Shown here: positions 1 through 8,590 of the stretch, piece after piece
Numbering within the stretch: position 1 is the first letter of the stretch
How the letters are laid out: each line of letters starts with the position of its first letter
Assembly (NCBI GenBank): GCA_963555985.3
Contig: OY820591.1
Location: 544,001-608,000 of the forward strand
DNA from: Dehalococcoidia bacterium
GTDB taxonomy: Bacteria > Chloroflexota > Dehalococcoidia > Bin125
DNA: 64,000 nucleotides
Direction: 5' to 3'
Made by a program: the position numbers and the translations under genes
Notes under the pieces: model-generated
What the model saw: the letters and a program-made list of their open reading frames with translations, nothing else
What the model was told of the DNA's origin: nothing
Database searches by the model: none

Positions 1-61
1 GAGCGCTTCCGCGAGGCGGCCAACTGGTGAATGGCTTTGCCGTTGCCAGCGACGATCCCGT

Positions 62-355
62 TCAGGACTCGAATCGACGGCGCAACGCGCGCATTTCCAG
101 CAACGCCTCGTTCGCCAGTTGAATGAGGTCGTTGTGCCCCGCCTCCAAGTTCGCCATCCGCTCTGAGACCGATTCGAGAGTGGACTTCATCGACTTCAGG
201 TCGTCATGCACGCGGGGCAGCTCGACCATCGCAAGGTCGATCACGGCTCGGGAGTCGGGCGTGCGCAGTTCGATCAGGTCGAACGCTTTGGCCAACTCCG
301 GCTCCATGCCGGCGTTGATGAGGATTTCCGACCAGGACGTGTCCGGTGTCGTCAT
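62..355 (-). CDS. Small coiled-coil protein, CCDC90/DUF1640-like
   Basis: N-terminal 'LINAGMEPELAKAF' head motif followed by a heptad-like helix; in tandem with a similar gene at 365-691. Confidence 0.55.
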   Translation of the reverse strand: MTTPDTSWSEILINAGMEPELAKAFDLIELRTPDSRAVIDLAMVELPRVHDDLKSMKSTLESVSERMANLEAGHNDLIQLANEALLEMRALRRRFES

Positions 356-364
356 GCGTCCAGT

Positions 365-691
365 TTAGCGAGCGAAGACCGCCAGCAGGCTGCCTAGCAG
401 AGCGCCGATCGCGATCAGGGTGGTGTTGAGCATCCGCTGGATGCGGCTTTCGGACTGCATGCGTTCATCGATGATGTGAAGGTCGGCACGCATTTGGTTC
501 ATGTCATCGCGCAGGCCGCCCAGCTGTGCGCCGTGTTCGTCCAGACGACGCAGGATGAGTTCCAGGGCCTGGGCGACCTCGGGATTGGTCTCCTGAGAAG
601 TCGTCAACAGCTCAACGAGCGCACGCGCCTGCTTGTCGCTGAAGCCGGTGTCGACGAGGCGGTCGTAGTCGTGGAGGGTGTCTGTGGTCAC
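365..691 (-). CDS. DUF1640/CCDC90-like membrane-anchored coiled-coil protein
   Basis: 'DTLHDYDRLVDTGFSDKQARALV' head, coiled-coil stalk, hydrophobic C-terminal anchor; AGGAG SD before the GTG. Confidence 0.7.
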   Translation of the reverse strand: MTTDTLHDYDRLVDTGFSDKQARALVELLTTSQETNPEVAQALELILRRLDEHGAQLGGLRDDMNQMRADLHIIDERMQSESRIQRMLNTTLIAIGALLGSLLAVFAR

Positions 692-805
692 GGTGGTCTC
701 CTGTCGGAGAAGTTAGCCGTTTACTCCGCCTCCGTATCACCAGCTGAGTTTTCCGGGGACTGACCGTAGCGGTGGATTATCCAGGCTTGGGACGGAGGTC
801 CAGAG

Positions 806-1780
806 CTAGTCACTCTGGGCTAGTTCGCCGAGGAAGGCTCGGGTTCGGGTGATGTGGGACTCGGCGTCGTCGACTAGGACGACAATGGCAGCGAGCATTT
901 CATCGACTCCGTAGTCGTCGTGGAGGGTGCGGACCTTGTCTCCGACCTCGGACTCGGAGCCGCTGATGATGAGGGCGTCGGCCATGCGGTCGGTGAAGTC
1001 GCGGCCGGCGGCTTCTTCGTAGCCGGCGTCCTGGAGCATTTGGGAGTAGTAGGGGAGGCGCTGGTAGAAACCGAACTGGCGGCGGGCGGCGGCGTGGATG
1101 GCTTCGGTGTCTTCGCTGAGGATGATCGGGGTGTGCACGACCATGGCGGGTCGGTCGCGGCCGGCGAGGTCGGCTCCGGCTTGCTGGGCGGGGAGGGCGA
1201 CGTCGCGGATGTAGGGCAGGGGCGACATCCAGGAGATGCCTCCGGCGGTGATCTCGCCGCTGAGCGACCAGGCTTTCTCTCGGAGGGCGGAGATCATGGT
1301 GGAGACCTGGGTGGGGCCGCCGGGAAGTTGGGCGCGGGCGGTGATCAGTTCGCCCTCATGGTTGACCTCGCCCTCCTCAAGTAGCGCGCGGCAGATCGTC
1401 ACGTACTCGCGCAAGTGCGAGAGCGGCTTGTGAAAGGGCATACCCCAGGTGCCCTCAATGGCGGGCTTGTGGGAGGGGCCGAGGCCGAGGATCATGCGGC
1501 CCGGGGCCATCTGATCGACCGAGGCAGCGCCCTGGACCATTGAGATTGGGTGACGGGGGTAGGTGGGGACGATCGAGGTGCCGAAGGTGATCCGCTCGGC
1601 GCCGGAGAGGGCGGCGCCGACGAAGACGGCGAAGGGGTCGGGGGCGGGGCCGCCGACGGTGAGCCAGGCGGTGTCGAGGCCGTCGCGGTCGGCGGCGACG
1701 ATGCCGTCGATCAGCGACGGAGCGCTCATCATCTGGATGTTCTGGAGGGCGATGTGGACGCCGATGCGCATGTTCTTCAT
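806..1780 (-). CDS. LLM-class flavin-dependent oxidoreductase
   Basis: 'RITFGTSIVPTYPRHP', 'GRMILGLGPSH' motifs; start set at MKNMRIG behind the AAGGAG SD. Confidence 0.9.
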   Translation of the reverse strand: MKNMRIGVHIALQNIQMMSAPSLIDGIVAADRDGLDTAWLTVGGPAPDPFAVFVGAALSGAERITFGTSIVPTYPRHPISMVQGAASVDQMAPGRMILGLGPSHKPAIEGTWGMPFHKPLSHLREYVTICRALLEEGEVNHEGELITARAQLPGGPTQVSTMISALREKAWSLSGEITAGGISWMSPLPYIRDVALPAQQAGADLAGRDRPAMVVHTPIILSEDTEAIHAAARRQFGFYQRLPYYSQMLQDAGYEEAAGRDFTDRMADALIISGSESEVGDKVRTLHDDYGVDEMLAAIVVLVDDAESHITRTRAFLGELAQSD

Positions 1781-1898
1781 GGTTGCGGTCTCCTTTGAGT
1801 GGGTCGTTTGAGGGCAGGGTACTCCCAAGTGTTGCTCTCTCCTCTTCCGCACAGCACTACGAAGGCTGGTGCATCATCGTCATGCCCACCCCGCAACA

Positions 1899-1997
1899 CC
1901 GTCATACCCGCGCTTGCCGCGGGTATCTCGCCGAGCCGGGCACGGACGTTCGTGCAGCGCACAGCGAGATTACCGCGACGGAGCGCGGTAATGACGG
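1899..1997. repeat. Paired CGTC-type REP palindrome element, copy 1
   Basis: CCGTCAT...ATGACGG termini and two internal hairpins; inverted homologue at 7188-7286. Confidence 0.85.
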
Positions 1998-2039
1998 AGG
2001 TAGCGGTGACGCATCGGCCTTAGTGGGGGATCGTCCCTG

Positions 2040-2885
2040 CTACTCGTAGACGGCTCCTGGAGCGAAGTCGATTCGCTTGGCTTCGGTGACTCCGGCGGTG
2101 TATTGGGTGCCAACGGTGTCGTGGCCGGGGAGGAGGAAAGCGTCGCGGTCGGCGGCGATTCTAGCGATCTTGGCGATCGAGTTGTCCCAGGCCTCGGGCA
2201 GCATGTTGACCGGGGAGGTGGCGTTCGGGTCGCCGATCGTGTCGTGGAAGTACATGGCGTCGGAGGTCAGGAGGACCCAGCCGGTCGAGTCGAGGCGGAT
2301 CAGCAGGCCCATTTGGCCGGGAGTGTGTCCGGGCAGCGAGATGCACCAGAGGTCCTTGGCGATCTCTTGATCGCCGTACATCAGCATCTGCGGCGCGCGC
2401 GAGAGGAAGTTCCAGTCGGCGCGGATGAAAAAGGCGTCGGCGGTCTCGATGTTGCCGACGCAGAAGCGCCACTCATCTTCGTGCACCACGATCTGCGCGC
2501 CGGCGTCCTCGAAGACGCGCAGGCCGCCCGCGTGGTCGGCGTGGAGGTGGCCCTGGATCACGTGCGAGAAGTCCTCGGGCGCCCAGCCGTTGGCCTGGAG
2601 CTGCGCCTCGATGCAGACCTCGGGGGTGATCCCGGAGAGGTCGACGAGGTCAGTCCAGTCGGAGAGCCACTCTTCGCTCCAGTTGGTCGAGACGCCGGTC
2701 TCGAAGGCGATCAGGCCTGCGTCGGGGTGTTCGATGATGTAGGAGAGTGAGGGGCACTGGTAGAGGCCGTTGACGATATCGCCGTCGTCGAGGCGCATCG
2801 ACGTGCGTACGCCGCCAGTCTCGAACAGCATCCCCAAGGGGACGGGGAAGCCGCCCAGTTTCAGTCCGTGAAGCTTGATTCCCAT
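2040..2885 (-). CDS. N-acyl homoserine lactonase-family MBL-fold hydrolase
   Basis: HLHADHAGG zinc motif, LPGHTPG, SDAMY and PGHD motifs typical of AiiA-like lactonases. Confidence 0.85.
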   Translation of the reverse strand: MGIKLHGLKLGGFPVPLGMLFETGGVRTSMRLDDGDIVNGLYQCPSLSYIIEHPDAGLIAFETGVSTNWSEEWLSDWTDLVDLSGITPEVCIEAQLQANGWAPEDFSHVIQGHLHADHAGGLRVFEDAGAQIVVHEDEWRFCVGNIETADAFFIRADWNFLSRAPQMLMYGDQEIAKDLWCISLPGHTPGQMGLLIRLDSTGWVLLTSDAMYFHDTIGDPNATSPVNMLPEAWDNSIAKIARIAADRDAFLLPGHDTVGTQYTAGVTEAKRIDFAPGAVYE

Positions 2886-2934
2886 GGCTGGTTCCTTCCT
2901 AGGTGCTGGTGCACGTGTTTGCTGGGGGCGAGTT

Positions 2935-4335
2935 TCAGTCGCCGGCTGCTTCGGCTGCGGCGGCGAGATGGGGCGCGACGGCGTTGGCGGGCGGATTGAC
3001 GACCATGCCGCCGCAGGCGTCGGCGAGTTGGGGCATACAGTCGGAGGCGAACCACTGCATCTGGTGCTCGACCTCTTCGTGCGAGTAGCCGCCGATCTCG
3101 AACCAGGTGGCGAAGAGGAAGTCCTCGTAGCCGACGCCCTCTTTGACCGCCATCATTTGCTCGACCACCTGATCCGGGGTGCCGACGATCGCGACCTGCT
3201 TGTCGATTAGGAGGTCGGCGGTGACGCGCATGTCGAGCGGGTAGGGGTCTTCGTCGGCGTCGGCGAGGACGGCGGCGAACCCGAAGGGGCCGTAGTAATC
3301 CCACTGCAGTTCGAGGCCGAGCTTGAAGCGTTCCATGTCGGCGTCGGGATCGTTGGGATCGAGCAGGTGGATGTAGCGGCAGCAGCCGTAGCCGCGCTTC
3401 TTTTCGGAGTCCCAGCCGAACTTGAAGGGGCCGCGGTCGAGGCGGTCGGGCCAGCCGGCCGCTTCGCAGGATTCGTAGTAGCGCTCGACGTTGCCGACCA
3501 GCCGCGAGGTGGGCTCCGGCACGGTGAAACAGTTCACGCCCCGTTCGGCGGCCCAGTCGATCGAGCGCGGTGAGGTGACCGGCTGCCAGACCTGTGGATG
3601 CGGCTTTTGCGCCGGCTGCGGGATCACGGAGATCTCGCGCAGCGTGGTCGTCGATGCCAGCACCGGACTGCCCATCGAGTACATGTCGGGCGGGCCGAGG
3701 TTGAGCACGTCGTCGACCGGGTGCTTGGTGCGCTCCTGCTCGAAGTAGGCGATGGTCTGCTTGTGGTTCCACTTGGTGTAGGAGGGCGGGACGCGGTAGA
3801 ACTCGCCGTGGTAGGAGAACGACGGCTCCGTCCAGGCCTTCATGATGATCTCGTAGGCCTCTTCGAAGTAGGAGCGGTTGCGCTCCTGGTCCTGGATCGT
3901 CGCGCCCATTGCGCCGCCGAGGACTTCGGCTTCGCGCGGCTGGTAGCCGCGGCCGACGCCGAATTCGAGCCGCCCGCCGGATATGACATCGAGCATCGCC
4001 GCTGATTCGGCCACCCGGATCGGGTGCCACCAGGGGAGGATGTTGGCCATCTGTCCGAGCCGGATACGGGAGGTGAGGGCGGCGATCGCGGTCTCGGTCT
4101 GGAGCGGAGCGGGCGAGAGCTCCGCTCCCTCCGGCTGGAAGTGGTGCTCGGTCATGAACCAGTAGTTGAATCCCAGCTGATCCGCGAGCACGCCCTGGCG
4201 GACTTGGTTGGCGATGATCCGCCGCCCGGACTCATGCACCTCGTCCAGATCGCCGTCGTTGACCACCACGCCTTCGTGGGTCGTGGTCAGCGGCAGGTCT
4301 GCCGCGCCGTTGTGAAAGACCGCCAATTCGAGCAT
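2935..4335 (-). CDS. LLM-class flavin-dependent monooxygenase
   Basis: 'TEHHF', 'AAMLDVISGGRLEFGVGRGY', 'PQPAQKPHP'; start at MLELAVFHNG. Confidence 0.9.
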   Translation of the reverse strand: MLELAVFHNGAADLPLTTTHEGVVVNDGDLDEVHESGRRIIANQVRQGVLADQLGFNYWFMTEHHFQPEGAELSPAPLQTETAIAALTSRIRLGQMANILPWWHPIRVAESAAMLDVISGGRLEFGVGRGYQPREAEVLGGAMGATIQDQERNRSYFEEAYEIIMKAWTEPSFSYHGEFYRVPPSYTKWNHKQTIAYFEQERTKHPVDDVLNLGPPDMYSMGSPVLASTTTLREISVIPQPAQKPHPQVWQPVTSPRSIDWAAERGVNCFTVPEPTSRLVGNVERYYESCEAAGWPDRLDRGPFKFGWDSEKKRGYGCCRYIHLLDPNDPDADMERFKLGLELQWDYYGPFGFAAVLADADEDPYPLDMRVTADLLIDKQVAIVGTPDQVVEQMMAVKEGVGYEDFLFATWFEIGGYSHEEVEHQMQWFASDCMPQLADACGGMVVNPPANAVAPHLAAAAEAAGD

Positions 4336-5879
4336 GATCCGCCCCAGTTCGTTGCACAGTTCCTCTCTGCACGGCGAGGATAGGAAGTTGCACAGGGGAT
4401 TTGTTGTATTGGCGCTGACCGACGCACGGGTTTCAGCCCTCCATGCTCGCGTGTCCACCAGTAGATGCATTTCCGGATCTCTTGTCGGCCGAAGCGGCCC
4501 ATCTGCTGGCTGGCGTTGCCTTTGCCGCGCGGCAGTACCTCGATCCGATCGCAGCGGAAGCCGGCCTGCTCCGCGAAATCGGAGAGGATCAGATCGACCG
4601 GCACTTCTTCGCCGTGGTAGCGCACGTTGTCGTTGACCATCACGACCCCGCCGCCAGGTCGCACGATCCGCCCGAGCTCGGCGATGATCACGGCCATTTC
4701 GAAGAAATAGCCTTCGAGCAGGCGAATCACGTGCCGATTGCCCAACTCGTTGGCCACGTTCCGCAGGATCTCCAAGACTTCGTGGAGTGCGCCCTGCTGG
4801 TCGTACATGTTTGTCGCGGACGCGATCGTCGGCCCGTTGTCGTATTGCGCCCACAATGACTCGCGCTTGGACTGATTTTCGACGGTCGCGGACAGCATCC
4901 GTTGCCGGAGGGCGGAGAATTGCGCCTGGTCATAACCAAGCCATGCGAGTTCGAGCGCGTAGGTGCGGGTGTAGTCGTAGCGGTTGGCGTACGGCGGCGA
5001 GGTCATCACCAGATCGCGCGAGTGCTCGTCCAGCTTCCTCAGCAGTTCGAGACTCGAACCCACGAGCAAGTCCGGGTTTCCCCCGCCGTACTGCTGTTTG
5101 AGTGGGATGATGTCCGCCGCGATTTCACCGAGCCGAACTTCCAGGGCATGGGCGAGCGGCGGGATTGGCCCCTTGTTGAGGCGCGCGCGCAGCGGTCGGC
5201 CGGAGCGATTGTCCCAGCGCAGATACTGGCCGTCTTTGCGCGTGTAGCTGACCTGTTCGAGCACGCTCAGGCAAGCGAGATCGAGCACCGAGCGGAGCTC
5301 AGGAGCCGTGACTGCGCTGATGTATTCGCGAGCGCGCGCCAGCGCTGTTTCCGTTTCCGCCGGAAAGGCGGATTCGGTGATGCGCACGTGCCGGAAGGCA
5401 TATTCCGGTCGAACCTGAGCGTCTGCATCAATATGCGCGAGTAAGCCGCGCGCGGCCTGCTCAAAGGCGTCACGTTCGAGATCGTTGGCGGTGTGCGCAA
5501 TCGCTCTGCCGGCCATGACCCCAACCGGACTGATCTCGATCCCGCTCCCGTCCAGCCCGCGGCCGGCGGCGATGAGCGGAACGGTGCCGAGTCCGGCGAA
5601 TGGATCGAGCACGGAATCGGGTTGCAGCGTGTCCAGACAGCGTTCGACCAGCGCGTGGGAAAAGCTCTCCTTGTACTTGAGCCAGCGAAAACCGGGCGCT
5701 GCTTTGTTGCCCTGGTAGGAGACCAGCTTGCGAGTCAACTCGGGATTGACTTGCAGCCGGGAGGCAAAGCGATCGTGCAGCCTGCGCCGCTCGGAAACCG
5801 GACCGCCATTGGGAGAGTCCGAGGGAGGCGCGCACTGGTCGCGCGGTATCGGGTCGATCAGGGTCTTCGATTCAGCCAT
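4287..5879 (-). CDS. Site-specific DNA methyltransferase, amino-MTase with SPPY motif (likely N4-cytosine)
   Basis: Motif I 'LDPFAGLGT' precedes motif IV 'TSPPY' (alpha arrangement); no endonuclease adjacent. Confidence 0.85.
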   Translation of the reverse strand: MAESKTLIDPIPRDQCAPPSDSPNGGPVSERRRLHDRFASRLQVNPELTRKLVSYQGNKAAPGFRWLKYKESFSHALVERCLDTLQPDSVLDPFAGLGTVPLIAAGRGLDGSGIEISPVGVMAGRAIAHTANDLERDAFEQAARGLLAHIDADAQVRPEYAFRHVRITESAFPAETETALARAREYISAVTAPELRSVLDLACLSVLEQVSYTRKDGQYLRWDNRSGRPLRARLNKGPIPPLAHALEVRLGEIAADIIPLKQQYGGGNPDLLVGSSLELLRKLDEHSRDLVMTSPPYANRYDYTRTYALELAWLGYDQAQFSALRQRMLSATVENQSKRESLWAQYDNGPTIASATNMYDQQGALHEVLEILRNVANELGNRHVIRLLEGYFFEMAVIIAELGRIVRPGGGVVMVNDNVRYHGEEVPVDLILSDFAEQAGFRCDRIEVLPRGKGNASQQMGRFGRQEIRKCIYWWTREHGGLKPVRRSAPIQQIPCATSYPRRAERNCATNWGGSCSNWRSFTTARQTCR

Positions 5880-5920
5880 GCAGAGAGCATAGACGACACA
5901 GAACGTGCGTACGCGAGAAT

Positions 5921-7141
5921 TTAGCCGTTGTCGTAACCGTCCGTAATCGGACGATCCGTCCGCTGCCCCGACTGACCGTCGGGCGCAAAGTCGTCCACCG
6001 TCGCTCCGAGCTCCTCCCGCGATCGCGGCGGCGGGATCTCCTGCGCGCCCTCGACGCTGCTGGCCAGATGCAGCGTCCGTGTCGGGAAGGCGAACTCCAC
6101 CTGCAACTCGTTCGCCAGACGGATGATGTTGAGGTTGAAGATGTGCCGCGTGCGCAGCTCTTCGTTCCAGTCGGCGGCGCCGATGAAGGTGTAGACCATG
6201 ATGTTGAGGGCGGAGTCGCCGAAGCTGTGCAGTTCGACGATGTAGTAGTCGTGGCGCATGTCCTGGTTGGCGCGGACAATGGCGCGGATGCCTTCGACGA
6301 ACGCCTGAATCCGATCCGGATCGGTGTGATAGGCGATGCCCACGGTCGTGGAGTAGCGCCGCCAGGTACGGCGGCCCATGTTGTTGACCGAGGTGTCGGT
6401 CATGCGCGCGTTGGGCACGGTGATCAGCGAATCCGCGAAGGTACGGATGCGGGTGGAGCGGAAACCGACCTGCTCCACCGTGCCCTCGATATCGCCCACG
6501 ATCACCCAGTCGCCCACCTGGAAGGGTTTGTCCGCCAGGATCGTCGCGCCGCCGAGCAGGTTCTTGATCGTGTCCTGCGCCGCCAGCGCGACCGCCAGAC
6601 CGCCCAGTCCCAGACCGGCGATCAGCGAGGTGATGTTGATATCGAGGTTTTGCAGGACGAAGATCGCGCCGATCGCGCCGACGAAAATCTTGCCCGCCGT
6701 GCGCGCCAGCGGTACGAGCTGATCGTCAAGCTTGGAGTCGCTCTCCTCCGCGATCACCGCCCAGTAGTCGGCGGCGACATCCACGATCCGGAACCCGACC
6801 AGCACGCCCGCAAGCGTCGCCGCCATCCGCGCGAAGATGCCGACCACTTGCTCGACATCCGTGTCGAAATCGAGGACGGGAAAGCCGATCAGCAGCGTCA
6901 GCGCGGCGACCAGCAGGAGCAGCGGACGTTCGAGCCGGCGCAGTTCGCCGCGCCAGAATTCGCGGCGAGCGGGATCGGTGCGGCGTTGGAGCGCGGCCCA
7001 GGCGATCCAGATCAGCGCGTAGCGCAGCAGGAAGATGATGACCGCCAGCGCGCCGAGGCCGATGAATTGCCAGACCTCGATCCCGATCGCCGATTCGTGC
7101 AGCCAACTGAAGATGAGATTAGGAGCCAGCGTCATCAGCAC
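5921..7141 (-). CDS. MscS-family mechanosensitive channel
   Basis: 'SLIAGLGLGGLAVALAAQDT', 'KPFQVGDW', 'VGFRSTRIRT', 'FAFPTRTL'. Confidence 0.92.
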   Translation of the reverse strand: MLMTLAPNLIFSWLHESAIGIEVWQFIGLGALAVIIFLLRYALIWIAWAALQRRTDPARREFWRGELRRLERPLLLLVAALTLLIGFPVLDFDTDVEQVVGIFARMAATLAGVLVGFRIVDVAADYWAVIAEESDSKLDDQLVPLARTAGKIFVGAIGAIFVLQNLDINITSLIAGLGLGGLAVALAAQDTIKNLLGGATILADKPFQVGDWVIVGDIEGTVEQVGFRSTRIRTFADSLITVPNARMTDTSVNNMGRRTWRRYSTTVGIAYHTDPDRIQAFVEGIRAIVRANQDMRHDYYIVELHSFGDSALNIMVYTFIGAADWNEELRTRHIFNLNIIRLANELQVEFAFPTRTLHLASSVEGAQEIPPPRSREELGATVDDFAPDGQSGQRTDRPITDGYDNG

Positions 7142-7187
7142 AATCCCACTGTTCCTCCATGCAGAGACCGGCGCCTCACCCCCACCT

Positions 7188-7286
7188 CGTCATTGCCGCG
7201 CTCCGCCGCGGCAATCTCGCCGTGAGCAGCACCGACCCTCCGCGCTCGGCTCGGCGAGATACCCGCGGCAAGCGCGGGTATGACGG
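7188..7286. repeat. Paired CGTC-type REP palindrome element, copy 2
   Basis: Reverse complement aligns with 1899-1997. Confidence 0.85.
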
Positions 7287-7335
7287 TGATGCATCAATCT
7301 CTCGCAGGGGGAACAGAGGAATCTGTAACGCCCTG

Positions 7336-7539
7336 CTAGGCGGTGGAGGGGTTGTGCTCAAAGCCGCAGGCCTTGTGCGAGCCGTCGCAGAACGGCTTCA
7401 TGTCCGAGTTGCCGCAGCGGCAGAGCGCGGCCATCGTCCCCTTCGGCGTGGGGATCGTCGAGCCGTCGTTCGCTTTCAGGGTCAGGCCCTCGGTCGAGAT
7501 CAGGATCGGCCCGTTCGCGTTGATCGTGATTTCCGCCAT
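7336..7539 (-). CDS. CDGSH iron-sulfur domain protein
   Basis: 'NGP' and 'LCRCGNSDMKPFCDGSH' motifs; GGAG SD before the ATG. Confidence 0.92.
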   Translation of the reverse strand: MAEITINANGPILISTEGLTLKANDGSTIPTPKGTMAALCRCGNSDMKPFCDGSHKACGFEHNPSTA

Positions 7540-7645
7540 GCCACTCTCCGATGCGCTGGGTGGGTGCTCTGAATGACTGGTAGTCACGGCTAGCATAACC
7601 GCCACAAGACATCTGTACCCTCACCTGCCGACAGGAGCGTCACCC

Positions 7646-8572
7646 ATGCGGCTGACCGCTGACTTTCCCTCCGTCGTCCACCGCAACGGCCCGGCCGAGA
7701 TTTCACGGTTGGCCAAGGCGATCGAAGAGATTGGCTACGACGAGATCGACATGTTCGATCATGTCGTGATGGGCCATCCCCAGCCGGACCGGGAGTCCGG
7801 GCCCTACCCGTCCAACATGCCGATCCTGGAAGCACTGGTCACGCTCGGCTACATCGCTGCGGTGACCGAGCGGGTCGGCTTGGGCACGGAGGTCCTGGTT
7901 CTGCCTCAGCGACAGCCCGTCCTGGTCGCCAAGCAGTTCAGCACGCTGGACACGCTCTCCGGCGGGCGACTGCGCGTGGGCGTGGGCGTCGGCTGGCAGG
8001 AGTCGGAATATGAGGCGCTGGGCATGGACTATCACACGCGCGGGGCCGCAATGGACGAGGCGATCGCGCTGATGAAAGCGTGCTGGACTGATTCCTCGAT
8101 CGACTTCGAAGGTGAGCACTTCGTCTCCAATGCGATGGCGATGGAACCCAAGCCGCTGCAAACAGTTGAGGGCAGAGAGATTCCGATCTGGATCGGCGGC
8201 GGTTCGAAGGCCGCTCTGCGCCGCACCGGACGGGTCGGCGACGGCTGGATGGCCTCCGGCGTGTTGGGCGATGCGGCCGTCGAGGCGATCAGCGTGATCA
8301 AGCAAGAGGCGGAGAAGGCCGGCCGCGACCCCGGTGCGCTCGAATTCCAGTGCCAGCTCGCGATGCCGCCGCGCGCCGGCGATGCGTCGACCCGCGACTT
8401 TTGGGCCCGGCCTGCGGATGTCGCGGCCACGGCTGCGGGCGCGCAGGAAGCGGGCTTTGGCTGGGCGGCGATCAATGTGACTGGCATCTTCGTCGCCGGG
8501 GCTCGCTCGATCGATGCGATGATCGAGCAGCTCGGCCTCCTGCATGACGCCATCCGCGCTGAGACGGGCTAG
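7646..8572 (+). CDS. LLM-class (probable F420-dependent, Rv2161c-like) oxidoreductase
   Basis: 'FDHVV', 'LDTLSGGRLRVGVGVGWQESEY', 'PIWIGG'. Confidence 0.88.
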   Translation: MRLTADFPSVVHRNGPAEISRLAKAIEEIGYDEIDMFDHVVMGHPQPDRESGPYPSNMPILEALVTLGYIAAVTERVGLGTEVLVLPQRQPVLVAKQFSTLDTLSGGRLRVGVGVGWQESEYEALGMDYHTRGAAMDEAIALMKACWTDSSIDFEGEHFVSNAMAMEPKPLQTVEGREIPIWIGGGSKAALRRTGRVGDGWMASGVLGDAAVEAISVIKQEAEKAGRDPGALEFQCQLAMPPRAGDASTRDFWARPADVAATAAGAQEAGFGWAAINVTGIFVAGARSIDAMIEQLGLLHDAIRAETG

Positions 8573-8590
8573 AAGTCTGGACTGACGACC

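Noticed and set aside
4336-4854. N-terminal extension of the 639-aa LLM ORF in the track
   Set aside because: Overlaps the methyltransferase in another frame; LLM homology begins at the Met at 4335
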